Source: a virus. From it: DNA of 29,523 bases. The DNA lies in the UHGV virus genome UHGV-1542943, one strand, 5' to 3'. Each line of letters opens with the position of its first letter. Within the stretch, counting starts at the first letter, position 1. Positions 1-7,532 of the stretch are shown piece after piece. Under the pieces are notes generated by a model. The model saw only the letters and a program-made list of their open reading frames with translations, ran no database searches and was not told where the DNA came from. The position numbers and the translations under genes were made by a program.

Positions 1-2
1 GC

Positions 3-53
3 GTGGTGTATGACATCAGCGGCAAGCCGCCAGCTACCATTGAGTGGGAATGA
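3..53 (+). CDS. 3' end of an upstream (probably host) gene, partial at window edge
   Basis: Open frame from the window start ending in TGA at 51-53 (..VVYDISGKPPATIEWE*), followed by a terminator. Identity unknown. Confidence 0.25.
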   Translation: MVYDISGKPPATIEWE

Positions 54-100
54 TTAACAGCTAACTCATAGCAACTCATTCCTATTCAGATACTAATTTA

Positions 101-133
101 ACCCTCTGTTTTTACAGAGGGTTTTTGTTTTTA
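101..133 (+). terminator. Rho-independent terminator
   Basis: Hairpin CCCTCTG-tttttac-AGAGGG followed by TTTTTGTTTTT. Confidence 0.6.
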
Positions 134-188
134 TGTATTCATTTCTATTCACTCTACACCATATTTTTCGGCGGTACAGGTGACGGCA

Positions 189-203
189 TTACCTTAAAGG
201 TAT
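189..203. promoter_or_regulatory. Operator-like palindrome TTACCTTAAAGGTAT (one mismatch to TTACC-N5-GGTAA) upstream of the integrase gene
   Basis: Member of the repeated TTACC-N5-GGTAA family; 43 bp upstream of the int start. Confidence 0.45.
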
Positions 204-245
204 ACTCTCATACCGTCATGAAAATGGTTTCTATACGGGTGAATT

Positions 246-1496
246 GTGCTTACCGATACAAAATTAAAAAACCTCAAGCCGCAGGACAAACTGTACAAGG
301 TCTCCGATCGTGACGGGCTGTATGTAGCTGTGCTTACGTCAGGCACGGTCTCGTTTCGCTATGATTACCGTATCAACGGTCGCCGCGAAACACTGGTAAT
401 CGGGCAGTATGGGCGTGACGGTATCAGCCTGGCAGAAGCACGAGAAGAACTGATTGCTGCAAAGAAGCTGCTTAAAGCAGGCCAGTCACCGGCTGCAGCT
501 AAACGTGACGGTATCAAAAAGATTCGTGGTGCCGAGACGTTTGCGGTACATACCGACAGTTATATGAAACACGTCATCCTGGCTGACAGTACCCGCGCAA
601 TGAAGCAGGCGGTGATCGACCGTGACATACTTCCGGTTCTTGGCAACAAAATGATGGCTGAAATTACCACATCGATGGTTCGTGATTTATGTGACCGGAT
701 TGTCGAACGCGGTGGCCGTGCAACAGCAGTGCAGGCCAGGGAGATTATCAGCAGCGTATACCGTCACGCCAATGACCGCGGTCATGGTTTGTTTAATCCT
801 GCGGCTGATATTAAGCCTTCGTCTATCGCCATATTTAAACCACGAGAGCGAACGCTGACACCAGAAGAAATTGGTCTTTTCTTCCGCACGCTGGATGCCA
901 TTGGTGCTATGGGCACTATGAAAATGGCTTTAAAACTGGTGCTTATCACTATGGTTCGTAAAGGCGAATTCACCAATGCAACGTGGGACGAAATAGATTT
1001 TAAAAAATGGACATGGACAATTCCTTCAGACCGCATGAAGGGAAGCCGGGCGCACGTTATTTACCTGCCTAAACAGGCACAGGATATATTGGTTGGGTTG
1101 CAGATGTGCGCTGGTGGAAGTGAATATCTGGTTCCTGGTCGTTACAATTTCCGGAAGCCATTATCTAATGCAGCGCTGAACTCTCTGATCGACAGAACGG
1201 TGAAAATAATAAATGAAAATGGTGAGCATATTCAGGACTTCACCGTACACGATATGCGCCGTACAGCCAGTACGTTGTTGCATGAGGCTGGTTATCCTTC
1301 AGACTGGATTGAAAAGGCTCTGGCACATGAGCAGAAAGGTGTGCGCGCCGTATATAACAAAGCGGAATACGCCAGACAGCGCGCCTACATGTTGCAGCAG
1401 TGGGCCGATATGATTGATTCCTGGATTAACGGGGAGCATACGGATCTGATTCCGTTCTCCCCGTCGAAGTTTGAGAAGTGGATGGCGGGGGAATAA
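246..1496 (+). CDS. int: Tyrosine recombinase, P4/CP4-57-type phage integrase
   Basis: 416 aa; N-terminus TDTKLKNLKPQDKLYKVSDRDGLYVAV..SFRYDYRINGRRE typical of P4-family integrase arm-binding domain; C-terminal catalytic region HDMRRTASTLLHEAGY...VRAVYNKAEY with conserved His, Arg and Tyr. GTG start at 246. Confidence 0.9.
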   Translation: MLTDTKLKNLKPQDKLYKVSDRDGLYVAVLTSGTVSFRYDYRINGRRETLVIGQYGRDGISLAEAREELIAAKKLLKAGQSPAAAKRDGIKKIRGAETFAVHTDSYMKHVILADSTRAMKQAVIDRDILPVLGNKMMAEITTSMVRDLCDRIVERGGRATAVQAREIISSVYRHANDRGHGLFNPAADIKPSSIAIFKPRERTLTPEEIGLFFRTLDAIGAMGTMKMALKLVLITMVRKGEFTNATWDEIDFKKWTWTIPSDRMKGSRAHVIYLPKQAQDILVGLQMCAGGSEYLVPGRYNFRKPLSNAALNSLIDRTVKIINENGEHIQDFTVHDMRRTASTLLHEAGYPSDWIEKALAHEQKGVRAVYNKAEYARQRAYMLQQWADMIDSWINGEHTDLIPFSPSKFEKWMAGE

Positions 1497-1499
1497 CGT

Positions 1500-1694
1500 T
1501 TAATAGTTCTGCTGATTTTCTTCCATCTCGGCTTCTGCTGCCAGTGATTCAATTTTATCTGTGAATATTGCTGACAGTGTTGCAAATTCAGCATCAGTGA
1601 CAGCGGGAATTGGAACAAACCTGATCCCGCTGTGTGCAAGCATGTTTGCAGTTTCAAGGCATTTCCTTAAATCTGCTGGTGATGCCCTGTTCAT
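1500..1694 (-). CDS. Small acidic hypothetical protein (64 aa), translationally coupled to the methyltransferase
   Basis: ATG at 1694-1692 overlaps the methyltransferase TGA stop (ATGA). Product MNRASPADLRKCLETANMLAHSGIRF...EAEMEENQQNY. No family recognised. Confidence 0.4.
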   Translation of the reverse strand: MNRASPADLRKCLETANMLAHSGIRFVPIPAVTDAEFATLSAIFTDKIESLAAEAEMEENQQNY

Positions 1695-2341
1695 GCTGCA
1701 CGCTCCCGCCCCTGGTTGTCTGTTGGTGACAGCGGAGCATTGCTGAATGCATTTGTTAATCCGGCAATATCCAACGCGTATCCTGGGTGTAGTTGCACTG
1801 CCGGGTCTTCGCACTGATTACCCCAAACATCGAAGCCATGAGACGACTGGCGGGCGAACAGTTCAATGCGAGAAACATCGCCTAACAATTGCACAAGTTT
1901 TTCACGAACGACATCTGGTTTTCTTGAATGCTCAAGCCGCGGTGCGGTAAATGACTGAACGATACCTGCATTAATGCGCGGAGGTAGTTTTCCCTTTACC
2001 GCAAACAGGCAATCTTCACTGTTGGCGCGAGTCATGTGTCCCATCCCCATAACCAGTTTATCTGGTTGTCGACTACCACATTTTATCCACGTGAAGCCCT
2101 TCATGGTCATCAGACGGAATCCCCAGGCTTCAACAACTTTTAGTGCTTCGAGTGGTTGTGTTGGCACCCACCACATGGCCAACAGACAGTTTTCACCGGC
2201 CAAATCCCACACAGGAAGGCGGCAGATATCCAGCACACTCATAACCGGATATTTAAAACCGGCACCGCGATTACCATCTGTGGCTTTGTCCCGGTATGCC
2301 CAGGGTGGATCTGCATAGATTAGTGTGTATTTCTTAGTCAT
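1691..2341 (-). CDS. MT-A70 family N6-adenine DNA methyltransferase
   Basis: MTKKYTLIYADPPWAYRDK contains the DPPW catalytic motif; about 216 aa. ATG at 2341 preceded by GGGGTGG. Confidence 0.85.
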   Translation of the reverse strand: MTKKYTLIYADPPWAYRDKATDGNRGAGFKYPVMSVLDICRLPVWDLAGENCLLAMWWVPTQPLEALKVVEAWGFRLMTMKGFTWIKCGSRQPDKLVMGMGHMTRANSEDCLFAVKGKLPPRINAGIVQSFTAPRLEHSRKPDVVREKLVQLLGDVSRIELFARQSSHGFDVWGNQCEDPAVQLHPGYALDIAGLTNAFSNAPLSPTDNQGRERAA

Positions 2342-2633
2342 AAACCACCCCACAACATCCTATGCCGCTATAGTCGCCACGGCGAAGGCCGTTACCTTTT
2401 GTGATACATTGGTCCCTGCGAACCGCGATCCTTGCACGTTCAACATCACCAGAAGCAACATCCATACACTGAAGCCAAAGGTGGGCGGCAATGCGGAACT
2501 GCCCTTTTTTCTCTCTTTCAATCGCGCGTTTTTCGATCTCTATCGCCGCAGGAGTAACGGCAACAACCTTTGAAGGGCTGCGCATTGAAACCTTGTTCAT
2601 GTGATATTTTTCAAGTCGGCTTAACTTTCTCAC
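2334..2633 (-). CDS. Hypothetical protein upstream of and overlapping the methyltransferase start
   Basis: ORF ending TATGACTAA overlaps the methyltransferase ATG. GTG start at 2633 has a GAGAGGG RBS; alternative ATG at 2600. Function unknown. Confidence 0.4.
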   Translation of the reverse strand: MRKLSRLEKYHMNKVSMRSPSKVVAVTPAAIEIEKRAIEREKKGQFRIAAHLWLQCMDVASGDVERARIAVRRDQCITKGNGLRRGDYSGIGCCGVVYD

Positions 2634-2742
2634 TTAATCCAACCCTCTCTGAAAATTAATGCCAGCAGATAAAGCCATGCTGAAACAGAGGCCAGGAATA
2701 AGTACCATCCTGACCATTTGCTCCAGTGCCTTAGCAGCACAC

Positions 2743-2991
2743 TCATGCCGCGTTGCTCACAGGACGATATACACGTTGCTGAACAGGAGGTTTTTTACCC
2801 TGGAACTCTGCCGGGCTTGCTGCCTGACGTTCATCAAGCCAACGCTCAACTTCATCACGGTTCCATGCGCAGCGTTTATCGGTGATATACCAGCGTTTAG
2901 GAAATTCCCCTGCGCGCTCCATACGGTCGATAGTGCTCCATGACAGTGGCACCACCGCCAGGAGTTCCTTCTTACCTAATGCACCTTTCAT
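2743..2991 (-). CDS. alpA: AlpA-family phage transcriptional regulator / excisionase-like DNA-binding protein
   Basis: 82 aa; KKELLAVVPLSWSTIDRMERAGEFPKRWYITDKRCAWNRDEVERWLDERQ matches the AlpA/Xis winged-helix pattern. Confidence 0.8.
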   Translation of the reverse strand: MKGALGKKELLAVVPLSWSTIDRMERAGEFPKRWYITDKRCAWNRDEVERWLDERQAASPAEFQGKKPPVQQRVYRPVSNAA

Positions 2992-3014
2992 AAATACCTC
3001 TCTTGGTTGCAGTG

Positions 3015-3036
3015 CGGCGCGCGTGGCGCCGCGGTG
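3015..3036. repeat. GC-rich perfect inverted repeat between recT and alpA
   Basis: GCGGCGCGCGTGGCGCCGC forms a strong stem; no T-run follows on the minus strand. Confidence 0.4.
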
Positions 3037-3040
3037 GTGG

Positions 3041-3958
3041 TTACATAGATGTTTCGTTTAATTCTTCCCGACGAACGCTGTAAACGTCGGTGGCTTTTGC
3101 CAGCAGTTCGTCATCATCTGAAAGTTTTTGTGCAATGTATTTGTAAGCCTTATCCAGTTCGGAGACAGTGCTGTAATTCATCGCTGCGCTGGTAAAGGCC
3201 ATCAGCATTTCTTCTGGATCACGGCTATCCGCTTTACGCGTTTGCTCATCAGGCTTTTTCACTGTTTTAGCGTTGATCAGACTGTTCATGCTGGATGCTG
3301 TGCCGTGCTTTGCCTGACTTCTTGGAGTTACGTCACGTTCAATAATGTCAGGTGAGTCGATATATTTACCTTCCATTTCCTCAGCTGTGGCTTGTTGACC
3401 AATCTCCGGCCATGCTTTACGTAATGCCTGTGCCTCTGCGCATTTTGCCAACTGCGCATAAGGGCGCTTTTTCCACATGGCATTTGGTGCCGATGTGTCA
3501 CGCCCCCCAGTTGCATAGTTCTCAATCCAGTATTCTTTGGCGCTAAACTCTACGATTTCCCCGCTTGCCATTCGCTTGCTGACGGTGTACTTACACCACT
3601 GAGGGAAGGTAACCTCCACTCCTGAAAGCGTTTGTGTTACATCTGGACCGAACTCAGGTTCATTAGCGCCTGCGTAATCGCCGGAACGGTAGGCCTGAAT
3701 GCGATAAAGTCCAATGCCAGGCATGACCACGTCGCGCCATTCATTCTTTCCACTCTTCGAGTCTTTAACACTCATTGGTACCTGGTGTACCGGCTTAAGA
3801 AGAGGATCGAGTTGACGCGCCCGGCAGTAATCGACTGCCATCATTACCGATTCATCTTTTGCCCCAGGGTAAATACTGTTTTTCAGAGCGCTCCATGTAA
3901 CTTCATCGATTCCCCGAATAGCCAACACATCATTGGTGATTGCAATTTCGTTGCTCAT
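3041..3958 (-). CDS. recT: RecT/Bet-family single-strand annealing protein
   Basis: 305 aa from ATG at 3958, which overlaps the exonuclease stop (ATGA). Typical RecT features, an acidic C-terminus, and position beside an exonuclease gene. Confidence 0.8.
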   Translation of the reverse strand: MSNEIAITNDVLAIRGIDEVTWSALKNSIYPGAKDESVMMAVDYCRARQLDPLLKPVHQVPMSVKDSKSGKNEWRDVVMPGIGLYRIQAYRSGDYAGANEPEFGPDVTQTLSGVEVTFPQWCKYTVSKRMASGEIVEFSAKEYWIENYATGGRDTSAPNAMWKKRPYAQLAKCAEAQALRKAWPEIGQQATAEEMEGKYIDSPDIIERDVTPRSQAKHGTASSMNSLINAKTVKKPDEQTRKADSRDPEEMLMAFTSAAMNYSTVSELDKAYKYIAQKLSDDDELLAKATDVYSVRREELNETSM

Positions 3959-4776
3959 ACGTACATATCCTGTTTGCGTGCCCACTCAGGGCGTTTAATA
4001 ATTTCCACGCCGCCCCATTCATCGCTGATGCGGCATTCGTGATAGGTATTCAGATCCCGGCGGAACAGAGCGTGCCCGGCATCGACATCCGGCGCATCCA
4101 GCCCGAACACGCGTACCGGATACCGACCACAATCAATGCTTTCGCTCACGGCAAGAAAGAAAAAACCATGCGGCTGACCAGTAACCCTCATTGCGCCTTC
4201 GCGGTACATTGCGTCCTGCACGTGGTAGCGGAATTCCTCGATGTGACGTGCAAAACGGTCCATATCTGCAACCTTTTTCACGTCGACGATCACGTTGTGC
4301 TCGTTCAGCCATTTGTCTGGACGAATTCGGCACAACTCACCCGTCTCTTCATCGTTCCAGTACATTGATGCTTCGCAGTAACCAGGTGCTTCCAGCATCC
4401 AGCGTGCCGCCGGGTGAGCCATTGCGCTATCACGCATCAGCTCCAGTTTCCGCCACTGCTCGGCATCAAGTACCGTAATCCCCATATCCGCTACATCACG
4501 AAGAAATGCTTCTTCGTCAGCTTTACCTTGTTTCGTCCGACGATCGAACTTCGGTGAAACAATGAAGCGTTTGTCGAATTCTCCAGGCTCCAGAAGCAGA
4601 CAGTGCAATGCGGTTCCCATATCCAGTGCAGACTTTTTCTCTTCGTCTTCTGGTGCTGCCTGAACCCATTTAAGAAGCGCCGGATTCTTGGCAACCATGT
4701 CCAGTTGCGACTTACTCACGCCGTCACCGGCGTGGTAGTCTTCGTTGCTGATGTCGAAATAAATTCCCGGTTTCAT
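3955..4776 (-). CDS. PD-(D/E)XK exonuclease (RecE C-terminal / YqaJ-like recombination exonuclease)
   Basis: 273 aa; motif ..CRIRPDKWLNEHNVIVDVKKV (D..D-x-K) plus upstream His and Glu residues typical of PDDEXK recombination exonucleases; adjacent to RecT. Confidence 0.75.
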   Translation of the reverse strand: MKPGIYFDISNEDYHAGDGVSKSQLDMVAKNPALLKWVQAAPEDEEKKSALDMGTALHCLLLEPGEFDKRFIVSPKFDRRTKQGKADEEAFLRDVADMGITVLDAEQWRKLELMRDSAMAHPAARWMLEAPGYCEASMYWNDEETGELCRIRPDKWLNEHNVIVDVKKVADMDRFARHIEEFRYHVQDAMYREGAMRVTGQPHGFFFLAVSESIDCGRYPVRVFGLDAPDVDAGHALFRRDLNTYHECRISDEWGGVEIIKRPEWARKQDMYV

Positions 4777-5072
4777 GCCGCTTCCCTCTGCCCATCAATC
4801 CGATCCGCCAGATCCCAGCGGGCGATAATTGCCATTGCCTCGCGCCGGTAGGCATCCATAAGTTCTTCGAACTCAGGGCTGTCTTTAGCTGCCTCCAGCA
4901 CTTCCTGGCGAACTCCTTTGCCTGTTACAGCGTCAAAAGTTGAGGCCAGTTGATGAAGCCGGATGCTCTCGATCAGTTCAACTTGTCGGTCATATAGCTG
5001 TTCTGACAGGCGGTAGTCCTTGTCGAATGCCAGCATGATTTTTTGAAGATTTTTCTGCTGATTAACGTTCAT
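4773..5072 (-). CDS. Hypothetical early protein (99 aa) at the position occupied by anti-RecBCD/kil-type genes in lambdoid phages
   Basis: ATG at 5072 preceded by GGGAGGG. Product MNVNQQKNLQKIMLAFDKDYRLSEQLYDRQ.. has no recognised family; function inferred only from position. Confidence 0.45.
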   Translation of the reverse strand: MNVNQQKNLQKIMLAFDKDYRLSEQLYDRQVELIESIRLHQLASTFDAVTGKGVRQEVLEAAKDSPEFEELMDAYRREAMAIIARWDLADRIDGQREAA

Positions 5073-5087
5073 TATCAGCCCTCCCAT

Positions 5088-5228
5088 ATCTCGTTATCGT
5101 TGGCCACATCGCGAGCTTCTTTGCTGACGAAAGCCCACTTAATGCCTTCCTGTAAGGTGCGGAACTTCCAGCTCATGAATCCGCATGCAGTAACGCAGTA
5201 CCAACCGTTGATGATTTTCCACTGCATA
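5088..5228 (-). CDS. Small ORF (46 aa), first gene of the leftward early operon
   Basis: MQWKIINGWYCVTACGFMSWKF...; its stop sits beside the RBS of the next gene. Below the ORF-track size cutoff; translated by hand. Confidence 0.3.
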
Positions 5229-5246
5229 ACTTGTTACCTCGGTCTG

Positions 5247-5261
5247 TTACCGTTGAGGTAA
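5247..5261. promoter_or_regulatory. Operator TTACCGTTGAGGTAA (perfect palindrome), leftward early promoter region
   Basis: Perfect TTACC-N5-GGTAA; followed by GGTAATAAT, a -10-like element. Confidence 0.6.
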
Positions 5262-5308
5262 TAATTATGCGTATCTGGTTTGATGTCAATAGATATGAGT
5301 TAAAAAAA

Positions 5309-5323
5309 TTACCCATTAGGTAA
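5309..5323. promoter_or_regulatory. Operator TTACCCATTAGGTAA (perfect palindrome), leftward early promoter region
   Basis: Second perfect site 62 bp from the first, between the repressor terminator and the early-left genes. Confidence 0.6.
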
Positions 5324-5334
5324 TCGAATAGGCA

Positions 5335-5360
5335 ATAAAAAAGCCGCCAGAAGGCGGCTT
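5335..5360 (-). terminator. Rho-independent terminator downstream of the repressor gene
   Basis: Hairpin GCCGCC-agaa-GGCGGC with TTTTTTATT following on the minus strand. Confidence 0.65.
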
Positions 5361-5380
5361 ACTTACTGAAAAATATGATT

Positions 5381-5965
5381 TTATTGTTTGTTTTTTTCGT
5401 TCTGGTTGATGACAAATTCAATGTAACTTTCGATCTTTGCTTTCTCGGTTTCGGGTAACAATGCGTAGCGCGAGCGATCATAGTTGATGGTCGCAGGGTC
5501 GTGCGGGTGAATCAGTAATTCATAGCCGTGACGCCCGAATGCGGATGCAACATTCTCCAGGGTGGAAATGGAAACGCTGACCTCATTGTTTAACAGGCGG
5601 CTGATTGTCACCTGGGCGACGCCGGATGCGCGGTGTAGTTTTCCCTGCGTTGAAAGGTCGCGGCTTTCGCTCATCCAGCGTTCCAGGTTGTGAGCCGCCA
5701 GCTGACCTATATCGCTCGGGCCGACAGGCTGAAAACCTTCCTGAGAAAGCGAGCGATCGATATCAAGCCAGTTACGGGGTTTATTGGCGGCAGCTTCAAT
5801 TTTTCGTGCAACCTGGTCGCCGATAACCTTCTTGCCAAGAGCCCAGCGGTTTACCAGATTTGCCTGAGTTCCAAGTTTTTCTGCCATCCGCGTCTGAACA
5901 CCATTGAATTCACGGTCGATCAAGTCGTTGAGATTTTGCCTGCGGACGTCCTGGATACTTTTCAT
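5381..5965 (-). CDS. Prophage repressor-like protein with two helix-turn-helix domains and no LexA-type peptidase domain
   Basis: 194 aa. First HTH around VQTRMAEKLGTQANLVNRWALGKKVIGDQVARKI; second XRE-like HTH around LHRASGVAQVTISRLLNNEVSVSISTLENVASAFG. No S24 Ser/Lys autocleavage module seen. Divergent from the Cro-like gene. Confidence 0.65.
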   Translation of the reverse strand: MKSIQDVRRQNLNDLIDREFNGVQTRMAEKLGTQANLVNRWALGKKVIGDQVARKIEAAANKPRNWLDIDRSLSQEGFQPVGPSDIGQLAAHNLERWMSESRDLSTQGKLHRASGVAQVTISRLLNNEVSVSISTLENVASAFGRHGYELLIHPHDPATINYDRSRYALLPETEKAKIESYIEFVINQNEKNKQ

Positions 5966-6020
5966 TTTCTGGAAAATCGCCTCATATATGAATCAGTAGA
6001 TGATTCAATTTAAAGCAATA

Positions 6021-6035
6021 TTACCCAACAGGTAA
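6021..6035. promoter_or_regulatory. Operator TTACCCAACAGGTAA (perfect), rightward operator site 1
   Basis: Perfect palindrome in the divergent repressor/cro intergenic region. Confidence 0.6.
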
Positions 6036-6037
6036 AT

Positions 6038-6052
6038 GCACCTCATAGGTAA
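6038..6052. promoter_or_regulatory. Degenerate operator GCACCTCATAGGTAA, rightward operator site 2
   Basis: Right half-site perfect, left half degenerate; 17 bp centre-to-centre from site 1. Confidence 0.4.
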
Positions 6053-6068
6053 CTATCCTTGATTTTTG

Positions 6069-6083
6069 TTACCTTATGGGTGA
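6069..6083. promoter_or_regulatory. Near-perfect operator TTACCTTATGGGTGA, rightward operator site 3, overlapping a candidate rightward promoter
   Basis: Lies between a TTGATT -35-like hexamer and a GAATAT -10-like hexamer upstream of the Cro-like gene. Confidence 0.45.
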
Positions 6084-6119
6084 ATATTTATTATCTGAAA
6101 TAAATATCAGGCAATAGCT

Positions 6120-6350
6120 ATGAGCGATAACGGACATTTCGATTTCAAAAAGCACTGGCTTGCACTTACTCCGGATGAGCGTGAAGCCTTCGCACAGGAA
6201 GCCGGAACGACGAGTCACTATATCCAGACTCACTTAACAGGTAAGCGCAAAATGCCAGGTAAAGTATTGATGAATGGGCTTTTTAAAGCCTGTAAAACAA
6301 GACAATGGCTGCGCTCAAAAGCAGAACTGGCATACTTCTTCTACTCATGA
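6120..6350 (+). CDS. Cro/YdaS-like small HTH regulator
   Basis: 76 aa, divergent from the repressor; LTPDEREAFAQEAGTTSHYIQTHLTGKRKMP resembles Cro/YdaS-type HTH proteins. Confidence 0.6.
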   Translation: MSDNGHFDFKKHWLALTPDEREAFAQEAGTTSHYIQTHLTGKRKMPGKVLMNGLFKACKTRQWLRSKAELAYFFYS

Positions 6351-6372
6351 TATCCAGCTACAACCCTCTGTA

Positions 6373-6395
6373 GACCGCCACCCGGCGGTCTTTTC
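6373..6395 (+). terminator. Rho-independent terminator between the Cro-like gene and the replication genes
   Basis: GACCGCC-accc-GGCGGTC followed by TTTT. Confidence 0.6.
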
Positions 6396-6500
6396 ATATC
6401 TATTCGTACCTCAAAGGTAATAAATAACCAAATCTGGTTGATCTTTTTTTTGTGTCAGCACAAAATGACCGTAATCCCAATACTAATAACAGGGCTTACC

Positions 6501-6701
6501 ATGGAAATCATTACACGTATTGATGCCGCAAAGCGCGGACTTAAACGCTACTACACCGGAAAACCATGTAAGCACGGACATGACAGTGAACGCTGGGTTT
6601 ACAACGGACACTGTGTTGAGTGCACCATGGAATCAAACCGTCGCATCAGGGCAGAGATTAAGCAGATCATGATTAATTCCTCCCCACAACACTCAAGCTG
6701 A
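6501..6701 (+). CDS. Small putative zinc-binding protein (C-x-H-x-H...C-x2-C) at the cII position
   Basis: ATG at 6501 with an AGGG RBS; MEIITRIDAAKRGLKRYYTGKPCKHGHDSERWVYNGHCVECT. Any role as a regulator is inferred from position only. Confidence 0.4.
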   Translation: MEIITRIDAAKRGLKRYYTGKPCKHGHDSERWVYNGHCVECTMESNRRIRAEIKQIMINSSPQHSS

Positions 6702-6716
6702 TAGCGGAGATTAATC

Positions 6717-7532
6717 ATGAGCAGACATGCAACAGATTGGGCCTGGGAGACAGATCCAGGTAGCTCATCATTAAAGCTCATACTGCTCTCGATGGCTGAC
6801 AGAGCCGATGAATATAACCTCTGCTACCCCAGCATAGAACGCCTCGTTAAAGACACTTGCCTGAATAAAAAAACCGTGCAGGCCGGGCTTATATCGCTCA
6901 TGAAAATGGGGCTTATTTCAGATACCGGAGAGAGAAAGGGAGCGACAAAAAGAGTGCGGGTTTTCTCTCTTAATATAACCAAAAACGGGAACATTAAAGG
7001 CAACCGAGAGGGGGGCAATGAACCCGAAAACGGTAATGTTACCGAAAACGGGAATATACCCAAAAACGGGATGTTGAATGATCCCAAAAACGGGATGTTG
7101 AATGATCCCAAAAACGGGATCCAGAACCAGTCATATAACCAGTCATTTAACCAAGAGAGGGAGAGCAGGACAAAAAACGGGGATTCTGTGCATCATGACC
7201 CCGGCGCAAACAACGCCGTGATGAATAACTTTGTTCCTCCTGGTGGGCCAGGGCAATTAGGCAAATTTGTCATGCATGAACAATGGCAGCCATCAGATGA
7301 TTTTCTTCGGAAAAGCTCATTGCAGGGGATCTACCTGGACAGTCTGCCAACGGCACAGGAACTTGCAGAGTTCAGAATTTACTGGATGGCTGAGGGTAAG
7401 GCATACCATCAGGCACAGTGGGAGCAGAAGCTGGCAAGGCGGCTGCAGATTAGCAGACAGAAGCAATCAACATTACCTGATAACAACGTTCCGCACTGGA
7501 ACAGCCCTGAAGCATGGGAGGATTTCTTGTGA
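6717..7532 (+). CDS. Replication initiator (lambda O-like role; HTH N-domain, repeat-rich middle, DnaT-like C-region)
   Basis: 271 aa; N-terminal HTH-type replication domain (DWAWETDPGSSSLKLILLSMADRADEYNLCYPSIERL); tandem PKNGMLND repeats encoded by the iterons; followed immediately by a lambda P-like gene. Confidence 0.7.
   Translation: MSRHATDWAWETDPGSSSLKLILLSMADRADEYNLCYPSIERLVKDTCLNKKTVQAGLISLMKMGLISDTGERKGATKRVRVFSLNITKNGNIKGNREGGNEPENGNVTENGNIPKNGMLNDPKNGMLNDPKNGIQNQSYNQSFNQERESRTKNGDSVHHDPGANNAVMNNFVPPGGPGQLGKFVMHEQWQPSDDFLRKSSLQGIYLDSLPTAQELAEFRIYWMAEGKAYHQAQWEQKLARRLQISRQKQSTLPDNNVPHWNSPEAWEDFL
7017..7122. repeat. Iteron array (candidate replication origin) inside the O-like gene
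   Basis: Five copies of (A/T)CC(C/G)AAAAACGG(G/T)A, including a perfect 24-bp tandem duplication GATGTTGAATGATCCCAAAAACGG; an AT-rich stretch follows. Resembles lambda ori iterons within O. Confidence 0.6.

Noticed and set aside
125-313. 62-aa ORF overlapping the integrase start
   Set aside because: Overlaps the integrase promoter/start in another frame, has no RBS and looks like non-coding leader sequence.
2659-2943. 94-aa ORF on the plus strand
   Set aside because: Entirely antisense to the well-supported alpA-like gene; Cys/Arg-rich translation typical of a shadow frame.
5088-5228. Lambda N-like antiterminator as the first leftward gene
   Set aside because: The 46-aa product is hydrophobic and Cys-containing and lacks an arginine-rich motif.
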